The notes under the pieces were generated by a model. It ran no database searches and was not told the origin of the DNA. It saw only the letters and a program-made list of their open reading frames with translations. Source: Smithella sp. (GTDB taxonomy: Bacteria; Desulfobacterota; Syntrophia; Syntrophales; Smithellaceae). From it: DNA of 64,000 nt. How positions within the stretch are numbered: position 1 is the first letter of the stretch; each line of letters begins with the position of its first letter. Positions 26,512 to 37,684 of the stretch are shown piece after piece. Position numbers and translations under genes: made by a program. Where the stretch lies: the NCBI GenBank assembly GCA_049517435.1, contig JBEKRZ010000003.1:2453-66452 (forward strand), written 5' to 3'.

Positions 26512-28326
26512 TCATTTAAGTGACTTCATCACTTCGGCTGAAACTTTATCTATAGACACGGCAATATTCTTGCCCAGTTCTGCGGATAATAATTGCAATG
26601 CTTCCCAGTCCGGCTTAGCATCGCCCGCAGGTTCTACCGCTTTATTGATATTCTGTATTCTTCCTTCGATATTGGTCAAACTGCTGTTTTGTTCCGACCA
26701 GATTGTCACAGGCAATACCAGATCCGCCCGTTCTGTAAGAGGCGATAAGTAACTTGCCTGCGCCACGATAAACGTATTTTTGGGAACCCCCTTGAATAAA
26801 TCATCGCTCTCGTAATTTTGCTCACCCATTAAGACATATAAAAGTTTGAGGCCGGCCGGATTATAACCGTTATTTAATCCTAACGCCGCCGCGGCTTTCG
26901 TGTTGACGCCCGATTCAATTATAATGTAGTTTGCTTTATCTTTCAGTTTCTTGAGCTCGGCCATGGCAGTTTTGGTAATACCAGTGCCGTAGAGAATAAA
27001 CGGATTATTGGCTCTTTTGGCAACTTCAATGGCTTTATTTATATCAGCCATATTGACATTCATGAAGGCAAACGGAGCCAGACCGTTTTTCTTATTATCA
27101 ACCACAATCAGTCTTGCTCCTTTGTCCACGGCGCGTTTAATAATGAAGGAAGCAACCGGCTGGTCGTTTAAAGGATCGGCACCGGCAACAAGAATAATAT
27201 CGCTTTTGGCAATATCCTCCAACTTGCTCTGAACCTTGTCGAAAATCCTGGGAGCCACAGTATTGGTGAGGCCGATATTGGAGACCTTCAATTTCTCATT
27301 GAATAATTTTTTAATTAAATACAGGGCTTCATTAGAAGAATAACTTCCCGTAAGCACGCCTATTTCCGAAGCCTTGACTGTGTTAATCTGTTTAGCCAAA
27401 GTCTGGATTGCTTCTTCCCAGCTTACTTCTTTGAACTTTCCTTTAGTGCGTAAAAGAGGAGCGGTAAGTCTCTGGCGGCTATCATATAAGGGTTCAAAAC
27501 GGCCCATTTTGCAGAGCAGTCCTTTATTGACCGGAGCATCCCAATCACCCAAAACACACAGAACATTTCCGCCGCGTGTTACAACTTCCGTACCACAGCC
27601 GATGCCGCATTGATTGCAGGTGCTTTTAACTTTTGTAGTCAGGCTGTCTTTGCCCATAAAAGCGCTTCTTTTATAAAACAGCGCTCCCGTTGGACAAACC
27701 TGAGTACAGGTGCCGCAGGAAATACAGGAAGATTCACCAAGCGGAATATTGGCATCCGCTCGAACCATACTCTCGCTTCCGCGTTGCCCTAAACCCAAAG
27801 TGTGATTGGCCACAAGCTCATCGCAGGCGCGAATACATCTTCCGCAAAGAACACACCGGTTGTGTTCCATCAGGTAGTATTTATGCGTGGCATCCAGTGG
27901 AAAAGCTTTTGTATAAGTGGAGAATACCCAGTGATCTACATGATAACGGTAGCCGAGATTCTGCAACTCGCAACTGCCGCTCATCTCACAATATGGACAA
28001 AAATGATTTCTTTCCGAAAAAATCATATCCAGAACAAGCTTGCGGGCATCAGTCACCATTTTGGAATCTGTCTGTATTTCCATTCCTTCGGTTACAGGAA
28101 ATGTACATGAAGTCTGCAAAGCACGCTGCCCTTTTATTTCTACGATACACATTCGGCAAGCCCCAACCGCAGACAGCGCGGGATGGTCACAAAGCGTGGG
28201 GATATCAATGCCCGCTTCCCTTGCGGCCTGCAGAACGGTAATTCCCGCCTTTGTGCTGATTTTCTGGCCATTAATAATAATATTTGCCATAGTCATCTTT
28301 TGTCTCGCCTCCTTATCATTAACCAT
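26512..28326 (-). CDS. Fe-S electron-transfer subunit, HoxU/NuoG-like (2Fe-2S + multiple 4Fe-4S + truncated molybdopterin-oxidoreductase-like domain)
   Basis: 604 aa. Cluster motifs: CDHPALSAVGACRMC (2Fe-2S), HFCPYCEMSGSC, CVLCGRCIRAC, CISCGTCTQVCP and CNQCGIGC. These are followed by a roughly 360-aa NuoG/FdhA-like C-terminal domain. Confidence 0.8.
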   Translation of the reverse strand: MVNDKEARQKMTMANIIINGQKISTKAGITVLQAAREAGIDIPTLCDHPALSAVGACRMCIVEIKGQRALQTSCTFPVTEGMEIQTDSKMVTDARKLVLDMIFSERNHFCPYCEMSGSCELQNLGYRYHVDHWVFSTYTKAFPLDATHKYYLMEHNRCVLCGRCIRACDELVANHTLGLGQRGSESMVRADANIPLGESSCISCGTCTQVCPTGALFYKRSAFMGKDSLTTKVKSTCNQCGIGCGTEVVTRGGNVLCVLGDWDAPVNKGLLCKMGRFEPLYDSRQRLTAPLLRTKGKFKEVSWEEAIQTLAKQINTVKASEIGVLTGSYSSNEALYLIKKLFNEKLKVSNIGLTNTVAPRIFDKVQSKLEDIAKSDIILVAGADPLNDQPVASFIIKRAVDKGARLIVVDNKKNGLAPFAFMNVNMADINKAIEVAKRANNPFILYGTGITKTAMAELKKLKDKANYIIIESGVNTKAAAALGLNNGYNPAGLKLLYVLMGEQNYESDDLFKGVPKNTFIVAQASYLSPLTERADLVLPVTIWSEQNSSLTNIEGRIQNINKAVEPAGDAKPDWEALQLLSAELGKNIAVSIDKVSAEVMKSLK

Positions 28327-28490
28327 TTTATGCTTTTACGTAATAATGACTGATCCTGTTGATGTTAATCAGGTACTTTTACTTAAATATTATCTAGTGG
28401 TATGCCTTTCTTGTCAATAAAAAAATGTCATAAGGCTAAAAAACTGCAAGTTATGAAAAATAAATATTCGTAATCTTGTAGGAGGCTGAT

Positions 28491-28601
28491 GTACATAATT
28501 TCTCGGAGAAAAGTTTCAAGAAACATCCGGCAACAGCTCTAATACTCAGGCGCAAAACAGGATTTCTTTCCTTCCAACTACACACCATTTTTCATTTTTA
28601 A
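28491..28601 (+). pseudogene. Second, more diverged 5'-truncated rSAM gene-tail remnant
   Basis: The in-frame translation VHNFSEKSFKKHPATALILRRKTGFLSFQLHTIFHF* aligns with VRNFLEKTFKKHPAIAPILRRTPEFFTSNHAPFF. A TTGACA box follows at 28665. Confidence 0.5.
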
Positions 28602-28785
28602 TAAATCCGGCTAATACACCTTTGCTTCCAGCTGAATTAACGCAATAGAGATTCATTGACAACAGATGGTTAATATTATAGATATTTCAGCCAACCCGGA
28701 TAATAAATGATTTTTACTCAGAACACTAAACTTCAGGTTACAAGACCTTGATATTAAATTCTAAAGATGTGATGAATATATCATA

Positions 28786-30039
28786 ATGATATTTGATAAT
28801 ATAAACATATCCCAAGCTATAATTCTTTTTGCGATCTACTCTTTCATGGGGTGGATCATAGAAGTCGTGTACAGGTCCATCTCCGAACGCGAATTTATCA
28901 ACCCCGGTTTTGTATACGGGCCGTTCATTCCCATCTACGGTTTCGGGGCCGCTTTTATTATCATCTTGGAATTTCTGATCCATCACTGGCCACTTCCAAT
29001 CAAACTGATCGTGTACGGCATTGTTTTGACCATAACCGAATATTTTACCGGTTTCATATTCGAAAAAGTATTCAAATTAAAATTGTGGGACTATTCGGAT
29101 AGTAAGTTTAATATCCATGGAAGAGTCTCTCTGCTTTTTTCACTGTGCTGGGCAGCCCTGGCTCTAATATTTATCACCTTCATCCATCCGGCTGTTTTGC
29201 GGTATGTGCAATCGCAAGACGGATACTTTCTCCGCATCGTTTCTATTGTCTTGCTGGTTTACGGCGTTACGGACTTCGTTTTTTCTATTGCTACGATTAC
29301 CGCTTTCAGGAGAAAGATCTCTTATCTGTATTCTGAATATTTTAATCTGAGTGACGCTGAAATTGATAAGATATTTAGTTCTTTCCAACGGCTCCGCTCC
29401 GCGTACCCCAATCTGAGAAGGTATATCGATAACAACATCGACATGGAGATCAAGAACAGGATTAGCACGTTTTTAAAATCCATTCTGAGCAAAATCAGCC
29501 TGAACATAGAAGGACGGAAGCCTTTTGAAAATGAATTTTACGGCATAATCAACGACATTTACGAACATGATGAATTTTTGAAACTCAAACTGCATCATCA
29601 TCATAATTCTTCAATTTACGAACACGTGATGGATGTGTCCTATTTTTCATATAGTGCATGCAAGTTTCTAAAACTTGATTATCAATCCGCCGCTCGAGGC
29701 GCGCTCCTTCATGATTTTTTCCTGTACGACTGGAGAGATCATGATGTTCCTGATCTTCCCGATGATAAATTTCATGGCATCGAACATCCCAAAATTGCCC
29801 TTGCTAATGCTGAAAAACATTTCACTCTGAACGATATCGAAAAGGATATTATCATAAAGCACATGTGGCCGCTTACACTGGTTCCACCGAAATATAAGGA
29901 ATCCTTTATTGTTTCTTTTGCGGATAAATATCTTGCTTCAAAAGAATTTGTCACCAAATTTAAACGGAACAAGAATAGTTCGCGCACGAATAAACGGCAC
30001 AAAACTCATCAGCCGCGGAAGAAACACAAGAATGGTTAA
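28786..30039 (+). CDS. Membrane protein (CmpB/DUF1113-like N-terminal half) fused to an HD-domain hydrolase
   Basis: 417 aa. The N-terminal ~190 aa is polytopic. The C-terminal part has an HD signature (YEHVMDVS...GALLHDFFLYDW...HGIEHP) and a basic tail. Confidence 0.65.
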   Translation: MIFDNINISQAIILFAIYSFMGWIIEVVYRSISEREFINPGFVYGPFIPIYGFGAAFIIILEFLIHHWPLPIKLIVYGIVLTITEYFTGFIFEKVFKLKLWDYSDSKFNIHGRVSLLFSLCWAALALIFITFIHPAVLRYVQSQDGYFLRIVSIVLLVYGVTDFVFSIATITAFRRKISYLYSEYFNLSDAEIDKIFSSFQRLRSAYPNLRRYIDNNIDMEIKNRISTFLKSILSKISLNIEGRKPFENEFYGIINDIYEHDEFLKLKLHHHHNSSIYEHVMDVSYFSYSACKFLKLDYQSAARGALLHDFFLYDWRDHDVPDLPDDKFHGIEHPKIALANAEKHFTLNDIEKDIIIKHMWPLTLVPPKYKESFIVSFADKYLASKEFVTKFKRNKNSSRTNKRHKTHQPRKKHKNG

Positions 30040-30351
30040 CGCTCTAGTGGGGCCACCTCCGAGATAAAATGATATCCGGCACTTTACACAAACAATAGAA
30101 AAGAAATTTCAACTTAATCAGATCATTCAAGCAGATGATGCAAAAAGACACTACGTCATCTGCTTGCCCCTGCCGATTCTCCATTTTTCCGGACGAACCA
30201 AAAATATTATCTGAAAAAATATTTACGTCTCTATATGTATGATAACAATTTTATTTAACTTCTATTAAAAAAGGTTTATAGTATGCAACAGCCATTTACA
30301 AACCGGCAGCGGATTACTATATTTACAACGTAGCCGCTTAAAAACAAACAG

Positions 30352-30801
30352 GTGAGAGATATGAACTTCATAAAAATCAGGTTCGGCAATAATTTTGAAG
30401 ATGAATTCCAGAAGGCCGTTGACGAGGTGTTTCATCTTGTCCTCCCGTCATACAGACATTTTGAATGTATCTGGAGGCCCAATGTCGATGTTTATGAATC
30501 GCTGGAAGAAATAATCGTTCTGGCCGACATGGCGGGATTAAATAAGGAAGAACTGCATATTGAACTCGACCGGAAAAAAATAAAAATCGCCGGAGTGCGC
30601 AAAGCCATCCAGCTTTTGAAAAATGCGCGTTACTGCCAGGCAGAAATACCGCATGGTTATTTCGAAAAAAACGTGCTCCTTCCTGCACCGGTGGATGCTC
30701 GATCAGCGGTTGCCTCTTATGCCGATGGAATCTTGATGGTAAGGATCAATAAGTTGCCGGCAAACAAAACGCATCGGATTTCCGTTAAGACTGGACAATA
30801 G
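30352..30801 (+). CDS. Hsp20/alpha-crystallin small heat-shock protein
   Basis: 149 aa; the likely start is ATG at 30361. WRPNVDVYE...ELHIELDRKKIKIAG...FEKNVLLPAPVD...ASYADGILMVRI. Confidence 0.85.
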   Translation: MRDMNFIKIRFGNNFEDEFQKAVDEVFHLVLPSYRHFECIWRPNVDVYESLEEIIVLADMAGLNKEELHIELDRKKIKIAGVRKAIQLLKNARYCQAEIPHGYFEKNVLLPAPVDARSAVASYADGILMVRINKLPANKTHRISVKTGQ

Positions 30802-30832
30802 CCGGATGCTGTAATTCTTTTCGATTGCGAAT

Positions 30833-33259
30833 TTGGAGGGTTTAATGACTGAACAAAAAATATTTGAAGATAACAATAAATTTTCCATCCCGGAAGTGAT
30901 TCCCATTCTTCCTCTGCATAATGCGTTGGTGTTTCCCAAAACAATGATTCCTCTGGAAGTATCAGGTAGCGCAGCGCAGCTGATTGACGAAGCGATGATG
31001 AAGGACAGGCTGGTCGGTCTGATTATGGCCAAACAAGAGCCGGATACTCAAAGCGGTATTTATACGCTGGAGGGGCTACATGACATGGGCACCTGCGCCG
31101 CCATTCTGAAAATGGCTAAGACATCAGAAAATAGAACCCAGATGCTTTTGCAGGGAATCAGCCGTTTTAGGATAGTGGAACTACTGGAAGGCAAGTCTTA
31201 TCAGCGAGCACGCATCAAATTAATTGAAGAAAAGGAAATCAAGGATATTGAAACGGAAGCGCTCATGTCCAACCTGCTGGTGCTGTTTGATCGTATCCTG
31301 AAGCTCTCTCCGTTTCTGCCGCCGGAATTCGGTCCGATGGCCAAAACCATTACCGATGCTGGAATTCTTGCCGACCTGATTGCGTCGATTATCAATGCGC
31401 CGGTTGAAGAAAAACAAAAGATACTGGATATTGCCGATGCCAAGCAGCGCCTGAAAGAGTTGACCCGCATGGTTAACCACCAGATGGAAATCCTTGAACT
31501 GGGCAATAAAATTCAAACCAAGGTTAAAGATGATATTGATAAAAACCAGCGTGATTATTATCTGCGCCAGCAGTTGAAGGCCATAAAGCAGGAGCTTGGC
31601 GAAACGGAAGAGAATGTTGTTGAGACCGACGAATATCGCAAAAAGATTGAGGCAAAAAATCTTCCGGAGGAAGCTAAAAAAGAAGCAGAGAGGGAACTGG
31701 AACGCCTTTCCCGCATGCATCCCTCCTCCGCGGAATACACGGTTGCCTCGACATATCTGGACTGGATCACAGCGCTGCCTTGGAATGAATCAACCACGGA
31801 TAACCTGGATATCAAAAAGGCCCGCAACGTTCTGGATGAAGATCACTACGGGTTGGCCAAGGCTAAAAAACGCATCATTGAATATCTGGCCGTGCGCAAA
31901 CTTAAACCGGATTCCAAAGGGCCGATCTTATGCTTTGTGGGGCCTCCGGGCACAGGCAAAACATCGCTTGGCCATTCCATCGCGCGAGCGCTTGAGCGCA
32001 AATTTGTACGCATGTCGCTCGGCGGGGTGCATGACGAAGCGGAAATACGCGGCCATCGCCGCACCTACATTGGCGCTCTGCCCGGACGCATTATCCAGGG
32101 ACTGCGGCGGGCGGAATCGAATAATCCCGTTTTCATGCTTGATGAAATTGATAAAGTAGGCAGCGATTTTCGCGGCGATCCGTCATCAGCCTTGCTGGAA
32201 GTTTTAGACCCGCAGCAGAATAATACCTTTGCCGATCATTATCTGGATGTGCCGTTTGATCTATCGCACGTTATGTTTATTACTACGGCGAATATTCTGG
32301 ACACTATTCCACCGGCGCTGCTGGATCGCCTGGAGGTGATTGAGCTTACGGGATACACCCAGGAAGAAAAAGTAAAAATTGCCGAACGGTATTTGATCCC
32401 CCGGCAATTAAACGAAAACGGCTTGACCGCAGAACAATTCATGATCACAACCAAAGCGCTCAACGAGATAATATCAGGCTACACAAGGGAAGCAGGCGTG
32501 CGGAATCTCGAAAGAGAAATTGCCAACGTCTGCCGCGGTGTTGCCGCACAGATTGCGGAAGATAAAATCACATCCAAAACTATCAAGAGCGGAGATATTC
32601 ACAAGTATCTTGGTCCGGTGCGCGTCATAACGGATATAGATGCGCGTATTGCCAAACCCGGTATTGCCATAGGCCTTGCCTGGACACCGGTTGGCGGTGA
32701 TTTGCTCTTCATCGAAGCTACGGCCATGAAGGGCAAAAAAGGATTGACTCTGACCGGACAACTGGGAGATGTGATGAAAGAGTCAGTGTCCGCGGCACTG
32801 AGTTTTATTCGCACCAATGCGAAGGATTTAGGAGTGAAGCCGGATTTCTTTGATGACCTGGATATTCATATCCATGTGCCGGCCGGGGCTATTCCCAAGG
32901 ATGGCCCGTCGGCGGGTGTGACAATGCTTACGGCCCTGACTTCTCTTTTGACCAACCGCAAGATTAAGAAGAATCTGGCCATGACGGGAGAAATCACATT
33001 GCGCGGAGCTGTGCTGCCGGTAGGCGGGATTAAAGAAAAGGTGCTGGCGGCTTACCGCGCCGGTATTAAAACGATCATTCTTCCTGCCTGGAATAAGAAG
33101 GATCTCGAAGACATTCCAGCCAATGTACAAAAGAGCATCAAGTTTCTTTTTGTGAGCGATATGCTGGAAGTGGTGAAACTGGCTCTGGAAAATGGCAACT
33201 GGAAAAAACCGGCAAAGCCGCAGGTGAAGAAGCGTAAAGCGGTTACGAAAAAAAGATAA
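30833..33259 (+). CDS. lon: ATP-dependent Lon protease
   Basis: 808 aa. Lon N-domain, Walker A GPPGTGKT, and proteolytic DGPSAGV with a downstream Lys. Confidence 0.95.
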   Translation: MEGLMTEQKIFEDNNKFSIPEVIPILPLHNALVFPKTMIPLEVSGSAAQLIDEAMMKDRLVGLIMAKQEPDTQSGIYTLEGLHDMGTCAAILKMAKTSENRTQMLLQGISRFRIVELLEGKSYQRARIKLIEEKEIKDIETEALMSNLLVLFDRILKLSPFLPPEFGPMAKTITDAGILADLIASIINAPVEEKQKILDIADAKQRLKELTRMVNHQMEILELGNKIQTKVKDDIDKNQRDYYLRQQLKAIKQELGETEENVVETDEYRKKIEAKNLPEEAKKEAERELERLSRMHPSSAEYTVASTYLDWITALPWNESTTDNLDIKKARNVLDEDHYGLAKAKKRIIEYLAVRKLKPDSKGPILCFVGPPGTGKTSLGHSIARALERKFVRMSLGGVHDEAEIRGHRRTYIGALPGRIIQGLRRAESNNPVFMLDEIDKVGSDFRGDPSSALLEVLDPQQNNTFADHYLDVPFDLSHVMFITTANILDTIPPALLDRLEVIELTGYTQEEKVKIAERYLIPRQLNENGLTAEQFMITTKALNEIISGYTREAGVRNLEREIANVCRGVAAQIAEDKITSKTIKSGDIHKYLGPVRVITDIDARIAKPGIAIGLAWTPVGGDLLFIEATAMKGKKGLTLTGQLGDVMKESVSAALSFIRTNAKDLGVKPDFFDDLDIHIHVPAGAIPKDGPSAGVTMLTALTSLLTNRKIKKNLAMTGEITLRGAVLPVGGIKEKVLAAYRAGIKTIILPAWNKKDLEDIPANVQKSIKFLFVSDMLEVVKLALENGNWKKPAKPQVKKRKAVTKKR

Positions 33260-33375
33260 GTGGAGCCCCCTTTGGCATGAGCCGGAGGCTCCCCAAAATA
33301 ACGCGACCTCCCGCGGATTACACCGCATTCCTCCCCCGGCTGAAGCCGGGGGATTCTAAACCGCGGGATTGAAGG
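33260..33375 (+). repeat. L-family ~115-nt structured repeat, copy A
   Basis: GTGGAGCCCCC...GGAGGCTCC..AATAACGCGACCTCCCGCGGATTAC.CCGCATTCCTC...CCGCGGGATTGAAGG. Aligns with 52825..52940. Sits between the convergent lon and hrpA genes. Confidence 0.65.
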
Positions 33376-33380
33376 CTTTT

Positions 33381-36300
33381 TTAAAGTTTTTCAATCTCCT
33401 CAATCAACTGGTTCATTTTTTTCGGTGATACAGGGTAAGGGGTTTTGAGTTCCTGCGCGAACAGAGATACTTTGTATTCTTCAATCATCCAGAATAATTC
33501 TTCAATCAACTTTTTTTTCTCTTCCGGATAATCCACTGAAATATCATCCTTAAACCGGCTGATTTCCTGGATTCCGGTACTCGATGGCATAAAGTCGTTT
33601 GTGGCTGGGGTAAGCATTTGCTGCAGCTGCCGGGAATAAATCATAACTTGCTGCATTTTATTTTGCGCCGCGGCGAGATTAAGACTTCCCCGCTCGGCCC
33701 GCAGAGCAAGGGCTTTGCTATAGCGCGGCAAATCCTTCATGCGGTCAAATGCATAAAGCTCGGGAAAATCAACAGGCGTAAGGCTCTGCAGCTCTGTCTG
33801 GATGTCCTGGAGAAATTTCAACACGGGATTATTGCCGGTGTTCTTTATCATGAGCTTGTGCACACAAGCATGAGTATCGTTAAAGCCTTTCAATACCGGT
33901 TCTATGGAAACAAGCACATGCTGACCATATTGCAGAATTTTAGAATTCAGGGAATCGGCGTGTTGAATAAAATCTCCCTGCTTACGCCATGGTTTTAAAA
34001 ATAAATCCTTTTTAACTCTGTTGATAATTGATTGTTCCAGGTGTTTGGGATTGCCGATATTTGCCGCAATTGCTTTCATCCCGGCGTTCAGAGCAACATT
34101 CTTTTTGAGTTGCTTCAGTTTATCGGCAAAATGAATTTCATAAAGAGCCGCAACGCCCGTGGTGTGATTAGCGGCGCTTTCTTTTTGATCGGAAAAGAGC
34201 CGGAGATTAACAGAATCATTCATTAAATGCAGGGCCGGATAGGCATAATCGATAAGACCTTGAATACCGGTGAGAGGAATTTGCCGTGGCAATTCGCCGA
34301 AGTCCCAGCGGGTGATTCCTTCTTTTTCCCAATCACCGCGGATTTTATCCAGCGCTAATGTATTTATCGTGTCCGCAAGTTCCTTTTGAAGCAGATTGAT
34401 GTCCCGGCTGTTTTTTATTTCTTTTCCTGTTTCATCAATCACACTGTAACGAATATTTAAGTGAGCCGGCAGCTTTTCCAACGCCCAGGCATCACGAGGA
34501 ACTGTTATTTTGTATTTATCGTATAGCAATTGGCTCAAGGCTTGCGGCAAAGATTTATTTAAATATGATTTCTGCTCCAGTAATAACTGCGCGGTTTGCA
34601 CAGGCGAGGGAAGTTTTTGCCGCAGTGATTTAGGAAGCGACTTCAATAAGTAAACGGCCTTCTCCTGCAATAATGACGGCAGGTAGCTGTCGATATTTTC
34701 CGCGGCCGCCCGCGAAACAAATCCCAGGGGAACATTTACGGTCACGCCATCATCGGCTTTGCCGGGCTCAAAACTATAATGGCAAGCAAAAGCAGCCTCG
34801 CCGATTTTTATTTGATCGGGATATTGAGATATTTCTTCAGGATCAGGTTCATTGGCAATCAAATCCTCTTCCCGAAAACGTAGGAATTCATCGCTGCCTT
34901 TTTCTTTAATGAGATTCAGTAAAGACCGGGTATCGGAAATCACCGGCAGCCTTTGTTCGTAAAGACGGGCGATTGTTTCTTCATCAACAACAAGACCGCG
35001 TTTACGCAGTTTTTCTTCCATAGTCTTTACATGATTGAATAAAGACAAATTGTGTTCCAGAAAAGGAATCCTGCGGGGAACTTCTCCGGCAACAAGGGCT
35101 TCCCGGATAAAAATTGATCTGGCTTCCTCGGGATTAATTATTTCATAAGCTACGGGTCTTTGTTCCACAATTGTCAAACCAAAAAGAGTTACTTTTTCCA
35201 AAGCGACAACTTGCCCGCGATTTTTCTCCCAATGAGCGGCGGCATAAGTATAGCGGCAATTATCACGTCCCAGCTCCTCCAACCACTCGCATTTAATATT
35301 GGCAACATTGCGGGCGAAGACCCGTGAGGTCATACTTATTTCTGCCGCCACGATCCAACCTCCGGCGCGATTGAATAAGCCGGAACCTGGGAAAATCATC
35401 ACAGATCTGCTCTTGGCCGCGTTGTAAAAGTTTTTTTCCTTTTTTTGGGCAATATTGGAAAGATAACCGCTGAGAATGCAGCGATGAATTTTATCGGATA
35501 TTATCTGATCTATTTCAATCTTGATGTGTTTTTTACCCCGCGGCAGAAAGCCCCCGGCTCCTGCCGGATGGGCTCCACTTTTTGCCGTTTTGCTTTTCCC
35601 GCCGATAATGTCCATTATTTGATGATAGATGTCACGCCATTCAATCATTCTTTTATAGGAGAGAAAATGATCGCGGCAGAATTTTCTTAGTTTGCTCTGC
35701 GAAGGCAGGCTTTCCAGCGATCCATGGTAGCGATTCCAGATGTTAAGATAGGTTAAGAAGTCTGACTCGGGATGCGCGAATAGAGCATGGGCTTTTGAGG
35801 CCTTATCGGCCTTGTCATAGGGCCGTTCGCGGGGGTCCTGAATGGAGAGAGCCGCGGCAATGACGGCAATCTCGTTTACGCATGCTTCTTTTTTAGCTTC
35901 GATCAGCATTCGGGAAACTCGGGGATCAAGCGGAAACTCGGCCATTGTCCGGCCAACTTCAGTCAGTTTATAGTGGTTTGCGTCTTCGGAACGATCATCT
36001 TTGGTCAGAGCTCCCAAGTCATGCAAAATATCAATGCCATCGCGGATACTTTTTGGTTGGGGCCGGTCAACAAAAGGGAAGGAGTTGACAGAGCCGAGAT
36101 TAAGGGAAAGCATCCGCAAAATAACGCCGGCCAGATTGGAACGCATTATCTCCGGAGGTGTGTATAAAGGCTTTTGGGAGAAATCTTCCTGTGAATAGAG
36201 CCTGATACAAATACCGTTTTGCACCCGGCCGCAGCGTCCCTTTCTTTGTTCGGCGCTGCTCAGTGATATTGGTTTTATCGGCAGACCGGTAGTTTGGCTG

Positions 36301-37433
36301 CGGGGATTATATTCCAGTATGCGCGCGAGCCCCGCGTCAATCACATATTTAATTCCGGGAATGGTTAATGAAGTCTCCGCGATATTTGTGGCCACAATGA
36401 TCTTTTGCTGACCAGCAGCGGCAAAAATAAGTTTTTGCTGAGCACCAGAAAGCCTTGCGTATAAAGGCAGAATAAGACCTGTGCATTTTCTGGCTAAAAG
36501 ACCGCAGGTTTCCCGGATATCCTGTTCGGTGGGCATAAAAATCAAAATATCTTCGTAGCGTCTTTCCTGCTGTAAATTCTCCACGCAGGCAATAGCTTCA
36601 TCTATATATGTTGTTTCGCCGTTTTCTTCTTTGACCGGATCAACCGGACGGTAGCGGATTTCCACAGGATACATCCGGCCGGAAACTTTGATTACCGGCG
36701 CATTATTAAAAGCCTCGGAAAATTTTTCTGTATCAATCGTTGCCGAGGTGATGATCAGCTTTAAATCTTTTCTTTTGGCCAGCAGTGTTCGCAGATAGCC
36801 TAAAATAAAATCGATGTTCAGGCTGCGTTCGTGAGCTTCATCCACAATGATGGTATCATAGGCCAGCAAATTGCGGTCTTTAACCGTTTCCGCAAGCAGA
36901 ATTCCATCGGTCATAACTTTGATCAGCGGCTCGGAGGATGTCTTTTCTTCAAAGCGGATTTTATAGGCGATGGATTTACCGCATTCTTCACCACATTCTG
37001 CCGCAATGCGCTGAGCAATGCTGACAGCAGCAATGCGCCGTGGCTGGGTAAGACCAATTATTCCCCGCAACCCGCAGCCGGCGGCAAGACACATTTTGGG
37101 AATTTGTGTCGTCTTTCCCGATCCGGTTTCGCCGGTAATAATGATCACTTGATTGTTTTTGATGCTGTCAATAATATTCTGTTTCTTTGCTGATATAGGC
37201 AAGTCCGGCGGAAAGTTGATATTGGGAATACTTTGTGACCGCTGATGATAACGTTTATTGGAAAGAGTTAAGATTATTTTCAGCCTGTTCAATTTTCTGA
37301 AAGAAGCGGCTTCATCCTTAAATTTATTTTGTTCAATATTCTTCAGTTCGCGGGTAATATTATAATAATCCGCAATCATGACAGAATCAAGGGTTTGTCT
37401 AATTTGCCGAATATATTGTATTGTACTTGGCAA
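33381..37433 (-). CDS. hrpA: ATP-dependent RNA helicase HrpA
   Basis: 1350 aa. Walker A GETGSGKTTQ and a DEAH box (VDEAHERS). HrpA-length C-terminal extension. Confidence 0.92.
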   Translation of the reverse strand: MPSTIQYIRQIRQTLDSVMIADYYNITRELKNIEQNKFKDEAASFRKLNRLKIILTLSNKRYHQRSQSIPNINFPPDLPISAKKQNIIDSIKNNQVIIITGETGSGKTTQIPKMCLAAGCGLRGIIGLTQPRRIAAVSIAQRIAAECGEECGKSIAYKIRFEEKTSSEPLIKVMTDGILLAETVKDRNLLAYDTIIVDEAHERSLNIDFILGYLRTLLAKRKDLKLIITSATIDTEKFSEAFNNAPVIKVSGRMYPVEIRYRPVDPVKEENGETTYIDEAIACVENLQQERRYEDILIFMPTEQDIRETCGLLARKCTGLILPLYARLSGAQQKLIFAAAGQQKIIVATNIAETSLTIPGIKYVIDAGLARILEYNPRSQTTGLPIKPISLSSAEQRKGRCGRVQNGICIRLYSQEDFSQKPLYTPPEIMRSNLAGVILRMLSLNLGSVNSFPFVDRPQPKSIRDGIDILHDLGALTKDDRSEDANHYKLTEVGRTMAEFPLDPRVSRMLIEAKKEACVNEIAVIAAALSIQDPRERPYDKADKASKAHALFAHPESDFLTYLNIWNRYHGSLESLPSQSKLRKFCRDHFLSYKRMIEWRDIYHQIMDIIGGKSKTAKSGAHPAGAGGFLPRGKKHIKIEIDQIISDKIHRCILSGYLSNIAQKKEKNFYNAAKSRSVMIFPGSGLFNRAGGWIVAAEISMTSRVFARNVANIKCEWLEELGRDNCRYTYAAAHWEKNRGQVVALEKVTLFGLTIVEQRPVAYEIINPEEARSIFIREALVAGEVPRRIPFLEHNLSLFNHVKTMEEKLRKRGLVVDEETIARLYEQRLPVISDTRSLLNLIKEKGSDEFLRFREEDLIANEPDPEEISQYPDQIKIGEAAFACHYSFEPGKADDGVTVNVPLGFVSRAAAENIDSYLPSLLQEKAVYLLKSLPKSLRQKLPSPVQTAQLLLEQKSYLNKSLPQALSQLLYDKYKITVPRDAWALEKLPAHLNIRYSVIDETGKEIKNSRDINLLQKELADTINTLALDKIRGDWEKEGITRWDFGELPRQIPLTGIQGLIDYAYPALHLMNDSVNLRLFSDQKESAANHTTGVAALYEIHFADKLKQLKKNVALNAGMKAIAANIGNPKHLEQSIINRVKKDLFLKPWRKQGDFIQHADSLNSKILQYGQHVLVSIEPVLKGFNDTHACVHKLMIKNTGNNPVLKFLQDIQTELQSLTPVDFPELYAFDRMKDLPRYSKALALRAERGSLNLAAAQNKMQQVMIYSRQLQQMLTPATNDFMPSSTGIQEISRFKDDISVDYPEEKKKLIEELFWMIEEYKVSLFAQELKTPYPVSPKKMNQLIEEIEKL

Positions 37434-37684
37434 TTCTTTTCTCCGGAAAAATATTAATGAATGTTTTATTTCATATGTAGAGTGTCACTGTCAATGCCGG
37501 AATTGTAGTACCAATTTTCGAATTAATTATTTATCCAGTAATCTATATGATCTGGTGGGGCCGGTGCTTAGCGAAAGATTACGAGCTTAGCCGAATGAAT
37601 ATTCCCTATTGTGCTGTACGGAGTTTACCTACAAACACGTATTTATAGCCACCTGTAAATTCTTTGAAATACCAAGTGAAACGT

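Noticed and set aside
24513-28326. Selenocysteine recoding (in-frame TGA) in the hydrogenase or Fe-S subunits
   Set aside because: All three ORFs are uninterrupted, and the large-subunit C-terminal motif uses Cys (DPCLSCSTH).
30040-30351. Heat-shock control elements (CIRCE, sigma32 or sigma54 promoter, ROSE) upstream of hsp20-lon
   Set aside because: There is no TTAGCACTC-N9-GAGTGCTAA. CGGCACTTTACAC lacks the -12 TTGC. CTTGCCCC...CCATTTTT is too weak a sigma32 match to report.
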